From assembly GCF_964355755.1 (NCBI RefSeq), contig NC_092671.1, positions 40,372,304 through 40,436,303 on the forward strand: a stretch of DNA of 64,000 nucleotides, in the 5' to 3' direction. Source of the stretch: Antedon mediterranea. Taxonomy: Eukaryota > Animalia > Echinodermata. Made by a program: the position numbers and the translations under genes. Below are positions 13,255-27,790 of this stretch, in pieces. The stretch's first letter is position 1. Every line of letters starts with the position of its first letter. The notes beneath the pieces are model-generated. The model saw only the letters and a program-made list of their open reading frames with translations, had not been told where the DNA came from and made no database searches.

Positions 13255-13821
13255 AAACACAAAGAATATAACAAGAAACACAAAGAATATAACAAGAAAC
13301 ACAAAGAATATAACAAGAAACACAAAGAATATAACAAGAAACACAAAGAATATAACAAGAAACACAAAGAATATAACAAGAAACACAAAGAATATAACAA
13401 GAAACACAAAGAATATAACAAGAAACACAAAGAATATAACAAGAAACACAAAGAATATAACAAGAAACACAAAGAATATAACAAGAAACACAAAGAATAT
13501 AACAAGAAACACAAAGAATATAACAAGAAACACAAAGAATATAACAAGAAACACAAAGAATATAACAAGAAACACAAAGAATATAACAAGAAACACAAAG
13601 AATATAACAAGAAACACAAAGAATATAACAAGAAACACAAAGAATATAACAAGAAACACAAAGAATATAACAAGAAACACAAAGAATATAACAAGCAACA
13701 CAAAGAATATAACAAGAAACACAAAGAATATAACAAGAAACACAAAGAATATAACAAGAAACACAAAGAATATAACAAGAAACACAAAGAATATAACAAG
13801 AAACACAAAGAATATAACAAG
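13255..13821. repeat. 21-bp minisatellite x27 (aaacacaaagaatataacaag)
   Basis: Almost perfect array with one variant near 13696; explains four overlapping ORFs. Confidence 0.97.
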
Positions 13822-14183
13822 AACCTTCCATTTTATATTGCCTGGTTCTTGTGAATGATGAAAAGAAAATGGGGATATAATAATTATAATAAAAACATTT
13901 TTCGCATGTTGTAGTATTAACTCTTTGGTTGGTTAATAAACATTTTTAGTAAACAATGTACATTATAATAACAAAAACACTTTAATGTGGTATGTGTTAA
14001 CAGTTCATTAAGTCAGAAAGTAAATATATTTTAAGCACCCTCTATAATATCACTTTAAAGAATGTGAATATTTGTTAAAAAACACAGCATACTTAAAGTA
14101 AAGAAGTATTTAAAAATATGCATGCACATTTTCCCCATCAGTCATGGATAGAACTATAGGGGTTTATACTAAAAAGAAATGCT

Positions 14184-14278
14184 ATATGCATCTATTATTA
14201 ACATGTAACATATGCATCTATTATTAACATGTAACATATGCATCTATTATTAACATGTAACATATGCATCTATTATTA
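14184..14278. repeat. 25-bp tandem repeat in the probable CNT-B 3' UTR
   Basis: atatgcatctattattaacatgtaac, about 4 copies. Confidence 0.9.
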
Positions 14279-14404
14279 CTTGAAACAGTAAAAATACACA
14301 CATAAGAACCCTACCATTCTCCCACACATAACTTATTTACAACTTACACACATAAAATTATCTTACATTTTCTACTAGGCATGCATTGTTATTGATGAAA
14401 GTAA

Positions 14405-17400
14405 TTACAGCACTGTTGTCATGTATTCTGTGGAAGCTGTTGTTAAGTTTGCTACAGCATCAGCTAAGAGTCCTGACTCAACAGCAGGCACATATAACAA
14501 ACCTACAAGAAAACATCAACTTTATAATTATCAAAACAGACAAGAATTAATAATATTAGATATTCTTTTTTACTTTAAATGAAAAATAAAAAAATTTTTT
14601 TGTCACATAAAGTTTGACAGTGTAGACAGAGATTAGCTAATGAGAGTATTTATAAGCTTGGCGAGTGCTTTCAATTCCTTTAAATGCACAGCAGGATCTG
14701 CTGGTCCAGCCTGTGGTATCAACTGAATCTGCTTGAGTGTGTAACACTAAAATAACAATTATCTTTGTTTACTGAATGTTTTGGCACATTTGCATTTTTT
14801 TCACATTTTCAAAAATGTTAAAAAAAGACAAAACAGAATTAGGTTTAAATAAATAAAAAGTAAACTTTCTTACCAGCAACTGAAGCAGTCATGAAGGAGG
14901 TAAGAGTACCGGTGATGAGGGCACGGATAGCAACTGAAGCAAGTTCACTCTTCTTTCCCGGGGCAAGTGATGACAACCCTCCAATTTGAATCCCAACTGA
15001 GCCAATATTGGCAAAGCCACACAAAGCATAAGTAACAATAACTTGAGAGCGTGCCTGTAAAATATTTGTATAACTTTAATATTATTTATTAATATAGAAT
15101 ACAAGATAAAAAAAACACACCAATGATTTATCAATTTAACCAAATATTGGTGGTATTTTTCCCCTTTAAATTACTGTTTTTCAGCAACAATTTGCTTTTT
15201 CTCGATTCAATATTTTGTCAAAGTGAATAGCCATTTGTGACATTAACATGGCATATTCAATTTTGAAAGCCTGTTGCTATTTATAATAAATCTAAAATAA
15301 ATATCATACCGATAAAGAACCGCTGTCTATGTAATACGATAGACGTTCATATGCAATAAATTCATTAACAAATGTTTTAGTTCCAATCAACTCAGCGACT
15401 ATTCCACAGTCCTTCCATTCAACGCCCATCACAAATGCCAAAGGCATAAATAAATATGAGCAGATCATCTGTAAGAGAAAATGATAAATTTGATAAATGT
15501 TTAGTGCATATTTTAATATACTAATCTGCCATGTTTTAACCTTGTTATGTAATGTTTGTTTCTTTTTTATTTTACCACTTAGTGTCGTACTGTTTCTATT
15601 TTAACCATTTTATCATATTTTAATGTTTTATATATATGAGAAGCAAGACAATTTTCAAGCCACAGTGCTTGATGGAATAAAATAATTGAATTGAAAATTG
15701 AATTGAACAGTTAGTACACATCTGCCATATATGTTCAAATGACCGACAACTTAACATCTTATCTGAAAGATGATATATCCTCTAGTAGAATAATAGCATA
15801 ATTGTAGACTTACTTCAAATGTAAGGTTTTCAATTCCTACTCTTGTTCCTAGATAACCAAGTAAAGCATTAAGGAATGCTAGTAGGGCCAAGAAGGCAAT
15901 AAGATTGACAGCAATGTTGGCGACCAGTCCAACTGCATTTGATGCACCAGTCGATGCTGCTTCAATGATGTTCCTTTCTTTACTAAAAGATAAAAAATTC
16001 ATATAAAATTAGGTTTGATAAACAATGTCACATCCCAAAACCAGCATATAATTGTTTGTTTAAATTGTTATCTCGTCAAAAACTGTTGAGGCATCATCAC
16101 GCCTTGGGAAAATCTCTCTCATTACCTTTGATATGGAATATGTATACATTTATTAAGCTTTACTGTTAAGCTCTGTCTACACTATCAAACTAATTTGAAA
16201 AAAAAAGGTGTGGTGTGCCAAAATATGGTAGTGATATAACATTATCAAGTCCATATATGGGCATATCACATTTTTTTTTGTGTAGTAGTAGTGTAGACAG
16301 AGCTTTAGGCCAGAAAAATGTGTTTCCCCAACACATTTCGAACCTTTCATCACACTGCAATGCATCAGATACATTGTTTGCCTAGGATATATATTTTTTT
16401 TCAAATTTGTATACTGCCCTCTCTAGTTTCAATGTAAATTCTTCAGATATTTAACCTTTCCAAATGGGAGGGACCTCTGTGAAACTTATGAACAAAACAT
16501 AAATATTAAGTTTACCCTTTTGGAAGAGTGACTTGCTCAACAGTTAAACTTTCAGATTTATCGACCTCTGGGTAGAAAAGCTTAGAAAGAGCTAGAGCCG
16601 CAGGAGCGGCCATTACAGATGCGCTGATTAAATGAGTTGCGCTGACACCGTATCCGATGTACGCTCCTAGAACCGTTCCAGCAATCGTTGCAAACCCACA
16701 AGACATCACTGCATGTAACTCAGACCTTGTCATTTTGTTTAAGAATGGTTGGATTAAAAGTGGCGCTTCCGTCTGAAAAGAAAATACAAATTAGTTCATT
16801 ATTTACACTGCACACCTTTCCACATTGCACTCATATCATATCAGTTAAATTTAACGTTCTTAATTCATGGTTATAAATATCATTTAGGACATTTTTTTCT
16901 AAGGTAGAAATATACTACCTAGAATGAATGAATTGTAAAGCCTTGTCTACACTATCGAACTAGTTTGACAAAAAAAGTGTGCCCAAATATGGTAGTGATA
17001 CGACATCATCATGTCCATATATGGGCACATTACATTTTTGTCACATAAAGTTTGATAGTATAGACAGAGCTTTAGAGTAGAGGACCTCTGCTGCACTAAG
17101 TTGGTATGTTTCCTTACCAAGTACCTTATCATTAAATGATAAATAATAATAAATAAATCGTTACCTGTCCAATAAAGATGTTACCAGCTGCATTCAATGA
17201 CTCACAAGCAGACGTATTCATGGTAGATGACATCACCCAAGCAATCTTACCAATCACAACTTGCATCACTCCAAGATAGTACAGAATGGAAATTACACTA
17301 CTGAAGTATATAACAACTGGCAACAACTAAAAGATAGAGGGCACACTTTAGTTAAGTTTGCACTGTATGCAGGACATCATGGGAATTTTATTCAATTTTA

Positions 17401-20289
17401 TTCATACATAATTGACATCTAGTTATATTATTTATAGATAGAAAATTACTATGTAGATAATATAAATATAGAAATATTAATCAATAACAATGTCAATCTT
17501 TCATTCAATAATGCAATATTAATTTGTATTTTCAAGTTTATATAAATTTATATAAATAAATATTTACAATTTGAAATTTCAATTCAATTTTATTTTCATA
17601 AGATACATTATGCAATAACAATACATGAGAGTTCTTTTTTTATCATCAATCATTTTAAATATGTTTTTAAAATGAATGCCTCACCTTAAAAGCAAAAAAG
17701 TGGTTAACAAAGGAGTCACCAAAGACAAACTTAGCACCAGCATCAGAATAGCTTAAGAAAATCTTGACAAGGCCTCCAAGCCAATTGAAGGATTCGTAGC
17801 CAACCGTTGATCGCAACACAAACAATCCAAGTAGAAACTGAATAGTAAGGCCACACACAACTGGTCTCCAATTTACCTGAATATTAAAAGATTTATAATA
17901 TGTTCTCTTTATTTCCCAAAATACTGAACAATTTACATCTTGTGGCCAAATGGCAAAGTGCAAGAATTGAGACAGCAGCAAAAAGGTAAAAATCTTAAAA
18001 GAAAACAAAAAGAAACAGGCACCAAAAAAAAAGTCAAAAAAGGCAATCTTATTTTTAAAGGTTACAATTTAATATTATAATACTAAAGAAATAAGCACAG
18101 CGCCCTCTGGAGCGAATTATAAATGATGAGAATGCAACGTTGTTGCTTCTCCTGACTTTACAGCATCTGGCATGTATCAAATCAGTGTAATAAAAGTGTA
18201 TTAAACAATGATTACCAGAACTATGTACTGTTAGTCAACTTTTACTTATACAGATAAATGTATTTTAAATAAGTTTTTAAGAAAGAGGAAGATGACTTAC
18301 TTGTCTGGGATGTTTTGAGAAGACAAAACAAAAGAGGATGATGCATATTGGTCCTAGTCCAGAAACAAGATGTTGTGGGTTGTCCTTGGTTGACATGCCA
18401 ACGTAGGTAACAAACAACACAATGAGACAGAGGAAAAATGGCCTGTAAAAAAAAAAAGGTTGGATTTAATAAATCTAATAAAACTATAGCTTATTTATCT
18501 AACTTTATTTATTACAAATTTGGCAAATAGCCCAAGAGGAAACCATGGGCCAACGCAGAAGTTACACTGTTGTAAAAAAAATAAAAACAAAGTCGTTGAT
18601 GAGCATACATTGAATATAAACACCTAAATAAATGAGGAATGACATTTAACATACAAACAGGATGTAGGAATACTTTGTATATAGTTTGACATGTTTGTAT
18701 ACAAAACATAGACAATAAAAAGGCAGTTTATGTTCAAAAGTGGTCATTATTCGACTATCTCAACACAGTAACCTCCAACAAACATTTATGCAAGAATGTT
18801 TTTCTTTTCTCATACACATCCAACAGTGAGTATTACTCGCCAATTACAGGGTTGATAAACTAATTTATTTTATATCATGCTTATAAACTAATTCTCATTT
18901 GAGGCTTAGGGAGTGGAGTTGGAAGAGTCGTGAGTTACAACCCTGCACTACGTCAGGATTGAACCCCGGACCTTGGGATTGGAAGGCAAGCATTTTAACC
19001 ACCAAGCTACACTAGAATATCTAACACAAAATTAAAACTGATAATAAAAAACATTGTATAAGTAATGTATTCACTAACCATTTCAGGATATACCAGTTGT
19101 GTGTGATTAAATCAGTGAACGGTTTTACTGCTTTGCATATTGTTTCTCCATAATGATCTCGAAGAAAACAATAGATAACGGCTGCAATGACTAAAACAGT
19201 AAGATACACTAACAATCTAGCACCTTCTGGATCATGTAGCCAGGAGAAAACAAGATACACAATCCAACCAATCGCAACCAACACCTTCACCCCACGCATT
19301 ATGATCTCATGGTGTTCTCCATAAACCTCCTTTGCCCCCTCACATATCTCATCCAATGCCTGCAAGACAGGAAATAATTTTTCAAACTTTGAAAGATTGA
19401 TTTTTTTATATTTATTGAACATTACATGATCAAATGTATAAATAACTACTCATTCGAACCATGACGTCATCACCTGCATTTTGTATAGTGATTGTGCGTC
19501 TAAATGCGTGTACTGCATTGTGACAACAAAAATGTGATGTGCCCTTATATGGACATGATGATGATGTCATATCACTATCATATTTGGGCATATCACTATC
19601 ATGTATGGGCACAACACACTTTTTTTGTCAGATTAGTTTGATAGTGTAGACAGAGCTTAACAGTTAGGTAGTGCAATAAGGCTAGAACTATAGTAAACTT
19701 ATTAAAATAGCACTCAACTTTGGTAAATTAACAATGTTTCATGTGTTATTAATAATAAACAGACAGTACCAGGATGTCCTGAGTCTGCTCTTGACCTATT
19801 GACTGTAATCTATATGCACAACATGTGTCGTTATATTCATCACAAATTAATTCTCTAGTTCTATACAGGCAAATTTACACAAACGAGCGGTAACAGTAAT
19901 ACAAATATAGCATCTATGTTTAAAAATCCCTTATGACCATTTACACACAACGCAGAGCGGACGGGCAAGTTCCGCTCAGGATACAGTAGATACAGATTCG
20001 ATGTGGGACAAGCAATGCTGCTTTCCGCTTGTCTGTGTAAATTGGCCTTAACTCTTTGAAATCAAAACATGTTTGCCTGCAAATTGGTGAAGTTGGTAAT
20101 AAATGAGAGAATACTTACAGACCAAGGAATACATGACTTAGGTGGTACAGTCTGTACTTCTCCTTCTTCCATTTTCTTTAGTTGGACTTCCTCTGGAGGA
20201 GTGACGTCTGTTGGTCCATTGTACCCCTTCTTTAAACTGCCATTTCCATTTGGTTGATCAAATTTGTACACCTCTCCTTGTTCATCCAT
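14405..20289 (-). CDS. SLC28A3: Concentrative nucleoside transporter (SLC28/CNT), paralogue B, ~603 aa, 10 coding exons
   Basis: Exons 20119-20289, 19079-19359, 18301-18442, 17685-17876, 17165-17326, 16516-16772, 15814-15982, 15310-15468, 14874-15054, 14405-14502 total 1812 nt in frame. Internal exon sizes 142/192/162/257/169/159/181 are identical to paralogue A. The start codon is inferred (acceptor at 20304). The symbol is family-level. Confidence 0.92.
16169..16304. mobile_element. MITE family A copy with TTA TSD
   Basis: TIR agctctgtctacacta / tagtgtagacagagct, flanked by TTA on both sides. Confidence 0.88.
16939..17071. mobile_element. MITE family A copy
   Basis: Same TIR and internal core as 16169-16304. 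Confidence 0.85.
18905..19015 (-). mobile_element. tRNA-derived SINE-like sequence (related to 48380-48496)
   Basis: A box tagcttggtgg and B box ggttcaatcc; the 3' part caactccactccc is shared with the 48380 copy. Confidence 0.6.
19515..19657. mobile_element. MITE family A copy (one end missing)
   Basis: Shared internal core and agtttgatagtgtagacagagct end. Confidence 0.8.
19868..20047. mobile_element. MITE family C (ggccaatttacaca TIR)
   Basis: Related copies at ~42589-42758 and ~52261. Confidence 0.7.
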
Positions 20290-22274
20290 CTCGTATGTAT
20301 TTTCCTGTAAAAATGAAAAAGAGTACAATAAAACATTATATCTAGAATACTTACAGGCTGTGCATCAAGATGGAGCGCGTTATTGTTACAAATATTTGCA
20401 CTACACTTTGCATAATAAATTGCATCAAAACAATACGTTAGTACTTAAAAATAATCTAAAAATCTTGATCAGAATTTATAATTTCTGTACAATAATGAAA
20501 ATAAAACTAGAAGAACCATTCAACACAATGAATATCACACTAAGATCAATCTACGATTTTGAAGACGTAAAAGTCACCTGTTTATTGGAAAGATCTTCAT
20601 AACTCATCTTGAAAAACTAAAACTGACAACAAACAATAGTGTTGTACAACAAATATACCCAAAGCGGAGTGATACGGTCCTTTCAAAGTTTTCTACCAAA
20701 CTAAACCAACAACCAATCAAGTTAAGTTTATATACTTGGAGTATTATTCCCAAGAGGTAAGTATCAATACATTGGTTTGAGGGCAGATTCCATCTCTACA
20801 GGTACATACAACATGCCTTTAGCAAGAAACTATAAATTATTATTGGTGAACTTCAGGTCAGAAACAATACTTAAAGTTCGCAACAGGTGAACACATCCAA
20901 AACAATCATAAAAAGTACTTCCATTCCTTTGAGAATAGCTAAAAACATTAAACCTTAAAGTATAAATCTTGCTTGCTATTAAAAAAGATTGTTATGGAAA
21001 TGGTACTGTGCATTTATATCAATATCATTTCACAGTACAATACAATGAGTTTTTAACATCATTTCCATTTAAGAGCATTATTATTTTTAATTTATGGGAA
21101 ATTATGTTTCAGAATACAATGCAAGCCAAAGTTCAGATGATCCGTCTCTTGCGATTTATATAGTCAAATTTTTTTAGCTGCATGTACGTACATTGCGTCC
21201 TAGTGGGAACCAAGCTTTAACTTGATAAACTGTTTATTTTAAATCAAATCAGCACTCCTAGGTTCAATAAGGTGATACCAACCCACACCTGATGGCCAAA
21301 AGGACCGATCAATATCTACTGGCATTCTCTCCAACGACTGCATTGAGCCTGAAGCTAAATTACAGTAGGTAACTTGCTGATAATTTAATTTCTAATCTAA
21401 TGAAAATAATTTTGGTTTACAGTTTCAAGCCCAAAGCACTGTTACAATATTTTTTAAATGATCAAAGTTTCATTTAATTAACTTTTAAGTTAAAAAACTT
21501 TTGGTTCACATAAAATGGTAAATGAAGAGTAAACAGATATAGTAACAACAGATAACTTTGTATAGTCCATAGCAAGACACTAGTATTATTACTGACTCAG
21601 ATAACTTTGTATAGTGCATAGTAAGACACTAGTATTATTACTGACTTTGTACAGTATTGTACTACTGTATAAATACATTTGATGTGTAGATAAATAAAAG
21701 TGTTACTTGTGCTCCTATTCAAAGATGCCATAATGTAGGTCTGTAAGAATGTAATATGTAGGTATATGGGTTACTGTAGATATGACATTATTGTATCTTA
21801 AGTCCAGAAAGGCACGTTTGGGTATGATCAAATGTGTAACATTTAAACCTCTAGGCTATAATTTCCTAAAATATTATCATCCACTTTTTCCTAAACTCCT
21901 AAAATAAAAAGTTTCTTGAATTTTCCTTTTTTTCCCTAAATTTATCACTATCTTATTTTACCCGATATAGATTTTGGAACCAAAATAAACATTGTTTAAT
22001 TGAATATCTTGATCAAAATGATATAAAGTTCAAACAAGTTCTACAGTAGCCTGGGGATGAAACAATTCCAAGTAAGCTGTAAGCAGTCTCTCTTGGAGCT
22101 TTGCTGTATCAGTAGCAAATGTACTATGCTCCGGATACATGTACAGGTACTATAGAAAAAGCTGGAACCAATGAGGTATTTATAAAACGTGCCATTATCT
22201 ATAGGAATACATTGAAAACTGCCAAGTTTGATTATGCTTTTATCTGAATCTTGGGCTTCTGGCATTACATGAAA

Positions 22275-22386
22275 TACTATATATACCCACTACAGTAATT
22301 CATTAAATGAACTACTGTATATACCCACTACAGTAATTCATTACATGAACTACTGTATATACCCACTACAGTAATTCATTAAATGA
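22275..22386. repeat. ~36-bp tandem repeat x3
   Basis: actactgtatatacccactacagtaattcattaaatga. Confidence 0.88.
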
Positions 22387-23240
22387 AAAATGTGCAAATA
22401 AGGAGGATTGAGTATCTACAGTATTGTACAATGGTAGTGATTCAACTTGACCTTGGTCTCTTACAAATTCATTGAAAAATATTTAAAATGTTGAAAAGAA
22501 CCAAATAAATAACGAAATGGAACAGTTTTTCATGCCTTCCCCTTAATCAAACTTTGAAGCAGCATATACTTTGTAAAAAGTAAATACCTGTAAGTATTTC
22601 TTTATAAATGGTCAGAGTTTGTTTTAAAAAATTGAATCATTTCCATTATAATTTCAAGATCAAGCAAGGACTCCAACGACTAGAATTCTAAACTATTATC
22701 TTATGCTGGTATTGTTACAGTTAATCTATAGTAAAGCCATTGCTCATAAAATAAAAGATGATCAAATCCTGGATTATATAAGTAGAGGTAAAATTTTAAA
22801 TAAAAATATTCTAACCATTTCTGTATTCCACCATTCCTAACTAAACTAAGTGTAACTAAAAATGTAGAAACTAGCTCAATTTGAAAATTTTTAAATTGTT
22901 TTTTTTTTTCAACTTTACAATAGACAACAGTGTTGATCTATATTCTTGTTGGATAGGTATTTATTTAGAATTTATGCTTATTGTACTCTTTGCAACGTCA
23001 TATATCAATCAATTTGCTCCAATATACATTTACCAAAGTCAACTAGATTTAATTGATTTTATATAGTCTTTCTAACAGGTGTATTTTGATTGATTTATTA
23101 TAGGAAATGAAAACAGTCAAAACAATTTAACAGATATTAGGGCACTGGGCCAATTGGGTTCAAAAAATATCAGCTGTTTCTCAACATCACTAATTAGTCA
23201 CAAAATATAAACAATACTGTATTCAAAACAAATGTATTTC

Positions 23241-23927
23241 TTTTTAGTCGCGTGGACGCAACTCTATAGTTCACTATGTCGGTCGGTCTGTCTGTCGGTC
23301 CGGTATCACTATCACTATGCGTTTTATCGCTTTCTGACCTTATCTTGATATCAGTTTAATCTAGCTAAGTCAATTTTTCACAGTATATTCCTTATGGCCA
23401 GGAATCGATGTGGTTATGTTTTCACGGTGCACAATAAAAAATTATGCGGTCTACGCACGATTTAACGAAATCACGTTTGTAATTATATCTTCACAACCAT
23501 GAATCACAATTAAATAAAATTTGGTACTCATAAATTTCAGGGCATAAATCATCATATGGCAATACAATTACGTGCGTAGCGCATGCGTACGCGCGCTTAA
23601 AATTTAAAAAAATTATTTTCGATGAAATAAGAGTACGTTTCAGGCAATTTTAAGCGTTTACAAAATTGCCATGCGTGCGCACTGCGCGTTAAATGTTGTT
23701 GCGCACTCTTTTTGCCCGATTTCTGTTTTCTTGACTTACTTTTCAACTCGAAATTACGTTATACGAGCACGTCAAAAGTGACAGGCTACGCACGTGTAAA
23801 TTAAAAAAATATAAATGTTTTTAAACATTTCAACATTTTTAAACATGTTCAGTAATTTCGGTCAGTTGGTAGGTTAGTCGGAAAACACTAATGAGCACGT
23901 GACTGCAGCCATCTATATGGCCTTGTT
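23241..23927 (+). mobile_element. Helentron-associated (HINE/DINE-1-like) non-autonomous element
   Basis: T-run then agtcgcgtg subTIR, GTCY microsatellite (gtcggtcggtctgtctgtcggtcc), 3' subTIR cacgtgact followed by hairpin gccat-ctat-atggc and TT. Confidence 0.65.
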
Positions 23928-24474
23928 TAAATACAATGTATAATACACAATATACTGCTGTATACTCGTAATTATAAATGTAATTTTTTATCTGTTCATT
24001 TTTTATGTGTCAATGTTACCAAAAAATGGATTTATTTCTCGTATCAGTTTACTTTTTAATAATTGTGTTGAAAAAGATAATTCTATTGACCCTTTTTTGA
24101 TAGTTATCAATGTTTTTTGTAAAAATATATGTGAAATATTTACAGGTTCTATTATGTTTTAATACATCTTGTACTGTTTTAAATATTTTTAATCCATTTA
24201 TTAGTGGCTGCAGATTTCCCGCTGTTGACTGTGACGGAAAATAAATAAATATTTCTACAGATACAGTTAACACTCATGAGTCTCAACAAAATACCAACAA
24301 ATTAAATTAAAGGTTATGCATATTATTAAATATGAAACTAACTGTTTAAATGCTGTACATCATGCTGCTGTCTGGACAATTATGTCTAGGACATGTGTCC
24401 CTTATGGGCAGAAAAGGTCAAGAGGTCATAACCCTAAAATCGGTGAAGTCACTACTGTGGCACAACACCCCTAA

Positions 24475-25436
24475 GGGCGCGTTTATACAACACGCTATTA
24501 CACGCATATTTTACACGCCTACGAGAAGTGTGTTGTATAACAACAAAGAGATTCCGTGTAATGAGATTTTAATTGCAAAAAAGGCTACTTGGCTGAATCC
24601 TAAAATTTGGTGGATTCCCGGTCGCCGTTACCGTGTTGGAAGTGTCCTCAGGGTATATTTTGACTTCTCGTTAAAACAGGTCGTAATGTCAATCATGTCA
24701 TGCGACGTTGCTAACAAGATTGGGCCCATTTATTGCTGCTTCGCTGCCAGCAATCATCATCCTACCACGTCTTAAGCGTGGTTCCCACGCACTAGCGACG
24801 CAACACAAGGACGTAACGCAACGCAAGTGAATTGACCACCAATCACAATCGATGCTTTATTCGCTTGTGATTGCTAACTGTCTATAACTTCGCTTGTCAT
24901 TGGTTAAAACGCTTGCGTTGCGTTTACGTCCTTGCGTTAGTAACGTTCTAGTGGGAACCAAGCTTTACGCCTAGTTACTGTAGCATAGTGGGGCCAACTC
25001 GTAGTGGTAGTAGGCCTCTATCGTTTCCCATTCCAAACAGAATAAAAAATAACATCGCAAAAATGGCATCTTCTTCCATAGTGTATAGATGAAACAATGA
25101 AACCCTTAAAATAACTTTTATTAATTTAAATGAACCGAGAACAAAATAAACAACAATGCAAACGTGAACGAATACAATAATGAAAATGATAAAAACCGCG
25201 CGAATACATCGGACAGCGCGGAGGCGACGATGATTGTTGACAACCCAGCCAATTCAAGCGATCAACGATTTGACCTTTTATCCTAGCATGCACTGCGTGT
25301 TGATGAAACTTCCGGTATAACACGGTATCGTGATTTCTAGTATAACAGCAAACGTTAAGGTGGGTTGACCTCGGTCCGAACAACACGCTAAAAATTAAAG
25401 CCGTGTTCAAATTTAGGGTGTTGTATAAACACGACC
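24475..25436. mobile_element. Non-autonomous PIF/Harbinger-like element containing a nested MITE
   Basis: TIR gggcgcgtttatacaacac / gtgttgtataaacacgacc, with TAA on both flanks. Confidence 0.75.
24775..24964. mobile_element. MITE family B (agcgtggttccc TIR, TTA TSD)
   Basis: Near-identical to 42951-43124; palindromic throughout. Confidence 0.88.
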
Positions 25437-26096
25437 TAAGAGTGCAATTTGTAGCAAATCTATAATTTTCAAAAGACGAGGCCTGTCAATGGGTTACTTA
25501 CCATGGCAACAATATGTATGACAATAACTACACAGAAACTGATGAGGATGATGCAACACAAGACTATGAGTCACAAGACACAAGAATCAGTATCATCTTT
25601 ATTCATCCCTCATGGGTCAGTTAACAAAAGAAGGAGATGGATTACATCATCTTACAATAAATAGGCATTTTAATACAGGATAATAATTAATATTAGGGGT
25701 GGTAATTAGTATGATGGGGTTTTAAAATTTAAGATGAAATGACAAGACATCATTTTTAAGATGAAGTTGAGGTAATGATATCTGTATACTGTATGTACAG
25801 TATGTAATTAATATATCTTTGTAGATTTATATGAGCAGTTACCATGGAATAACCAAGTTACTAACTGATCTAACTAAGTCTACATTCAACCAATATTTAT
25901 TATATAAAAAAAATACTATAAAAAATTGTAGAATATTTTTATCTTCTAACATAAACAAATATTGCAGGTATAAGAAATAAATATAGTGGTCATGAAATTA
26001 CACTGTACCTGGTATTGATAGAAGTTATTTGTTGTAAATAGTGTGAAAGTTGTTGTACAGTTTTTCACACTTGTATTGTATACATTACAGTACAGT

Positions 26097-26324
26097 AATA
26101 AATCTATATAAAGAGGGGGAGACAAGGGATACTGTATGAATGTTAAATCTATACAAAGAGGGGGAGACAAGGGATACTGTATGAATGTTAAATCTATACA
26201 AAGAGGGAGAGACAAGGGATACTGTATTAATGTTAAATCTATACAAAGAGGGGGAGACAAGGGATACTGTATGAATGATAAATCTATACAAAGAGGGGGA
26301 GACAAGGGATACTGTATGAATGTT
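26097..26324. repeat. 45-bp minisatellite x5
   Basis: taaatctatacaaagagggggagacaagggatactgtatgaatgt. Confidence 0.93.
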
Positions 26325-27299
26325 ACAGTATTAGAAACTAAGAGCCAGCATTGAAATGTCCCATCTTCGCAAAGTATACAATCATCATTTGACAACTGTA
26401 CAATGAAGGACTATCTAATGTCACTCAAATAACGTACTGCAGTAACTGCAGTGTGTTGTGATTGCATATATTTATATGGCAGTACTGTAAAACTGTTAAT
26501 ATACAGTATGCAACTGTTCCAGGTACCAAATCAACACTACAGGTATGCAAAAAAATCTAACCCACCTAAATATAACAATTCAAAGTAATTTATTTAGTAA
26601 AAAAATGCTGCATTATTTAATTAAAATTCAATAACCAATTGGCTATATTCCAACCAATCAGGTATCATAGAGAGACACACCCACACAAACAACAGATGGG
26701 ACAAAAGGAGGCTTGTGACGACAACTGTTTAATGATGTGCACACATGCTTTCAATATACTGACTGTAAAGTATTTATTTTAGTGTGTGTACTGTATACAT
26801 AATATATATAAATCCAAAGGCAAATTACTGAAAATAATGACAATGCTATGGGTATCAGGGAATTTCAATGGAGATACAAAATAAAATAAGCAAAAAGCTA
26901 AATCAAAACGATATATATTGCCTGTGATGTGATGTTTTATGCATATTATATAAATATCACAGACAATTCATTTTTATATTGAAATGGCTCCAAATTGTTT
27001 AGTCATGGGCCAAATAATTTGTTTCACGCCCAGGATTTTAATTTTTTAGAGGAGCTTTACTAAATTGTTATGCACCACCCACATAAGAATAATTTATTAT
27101 AGGTTTAGTCACCATTTACACACTGTTAATTATATTAGTTACAGTCATGCAACTCTCCAAGATGATTTTATTTATTTATTTCCTTTATTGCATCAAGTAA
27201 ACAGTGATGAAGTTGACATAAATATAATAATAAATATATATATAAAAAAAAACATAGTATAACACAGACCAAACAAGTTACTAAATATATCATATTCCA

Positions 27300-27790
27300 C
27301 AAATCAGTCTTTCAATGGCCATCATAGTACATCCAGTAACACAAACCAAAAGGAGTTCACAATTTGCTTATCATAACTCAGTTTCTGATCATTCACCAAT
27401 CATTGAAAACTCCGTGGAAAGTAATGAAGTTTTTTGTGCGTTGTGTCCTGACTTTGGGGAGGGTGAACGATCTAACGCGTCGGAGCTGATGGTTGTGTGT
27501 GGGAGGTTTAGGTAAGAGAGAGCCTAAGTGTAATCTATCATCTTCTTTTTTCATTTTATCAAAGAATTTTCTTGACAACTTCTCGCGGCGTTCAGATAGA
27601 GTGATGATGTTAAGGTATCTGCGGGTATCAGCATACGAGGTACCATCAGGGCATATTGTGTTACACGCTCTTCTTTGGACATGTTCGATTTGGTCAGATT
27701 GTGCTTTGGATAAACTCGGGGACCAAACAGCACAGGCATATTCGAGAACTGGTCGTACAGTATCACTGCTTGATACAGTAGTATCGGATG
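27300..27790 (-). mobile_element. LINE (L2/CR1 group) 3' RT fragment
   Basis: Minus-strand peptide VRPVLEYACAVWSP...IEHVQK...LSERREKLSRKFF, typical of the post-RT region; frameshifted. Confidence 0.8.

Noticed and set aside
13147-13854. 235-aa KHKEYNK repeat ORF and three antisense ORFs
   Set aside because: Translations of a 21-bp minisatellite; no splice or homology support.
24350-24775. 141-aa ORF
   Set aside because: Runs across a transposon boundary and has no recognisable domain or exon context.
25500-25630. Acidic coding-like patch on + and a donor on -
   Set aside because: No phase-compatible partner exons found, so it cannot be supported as a gene.
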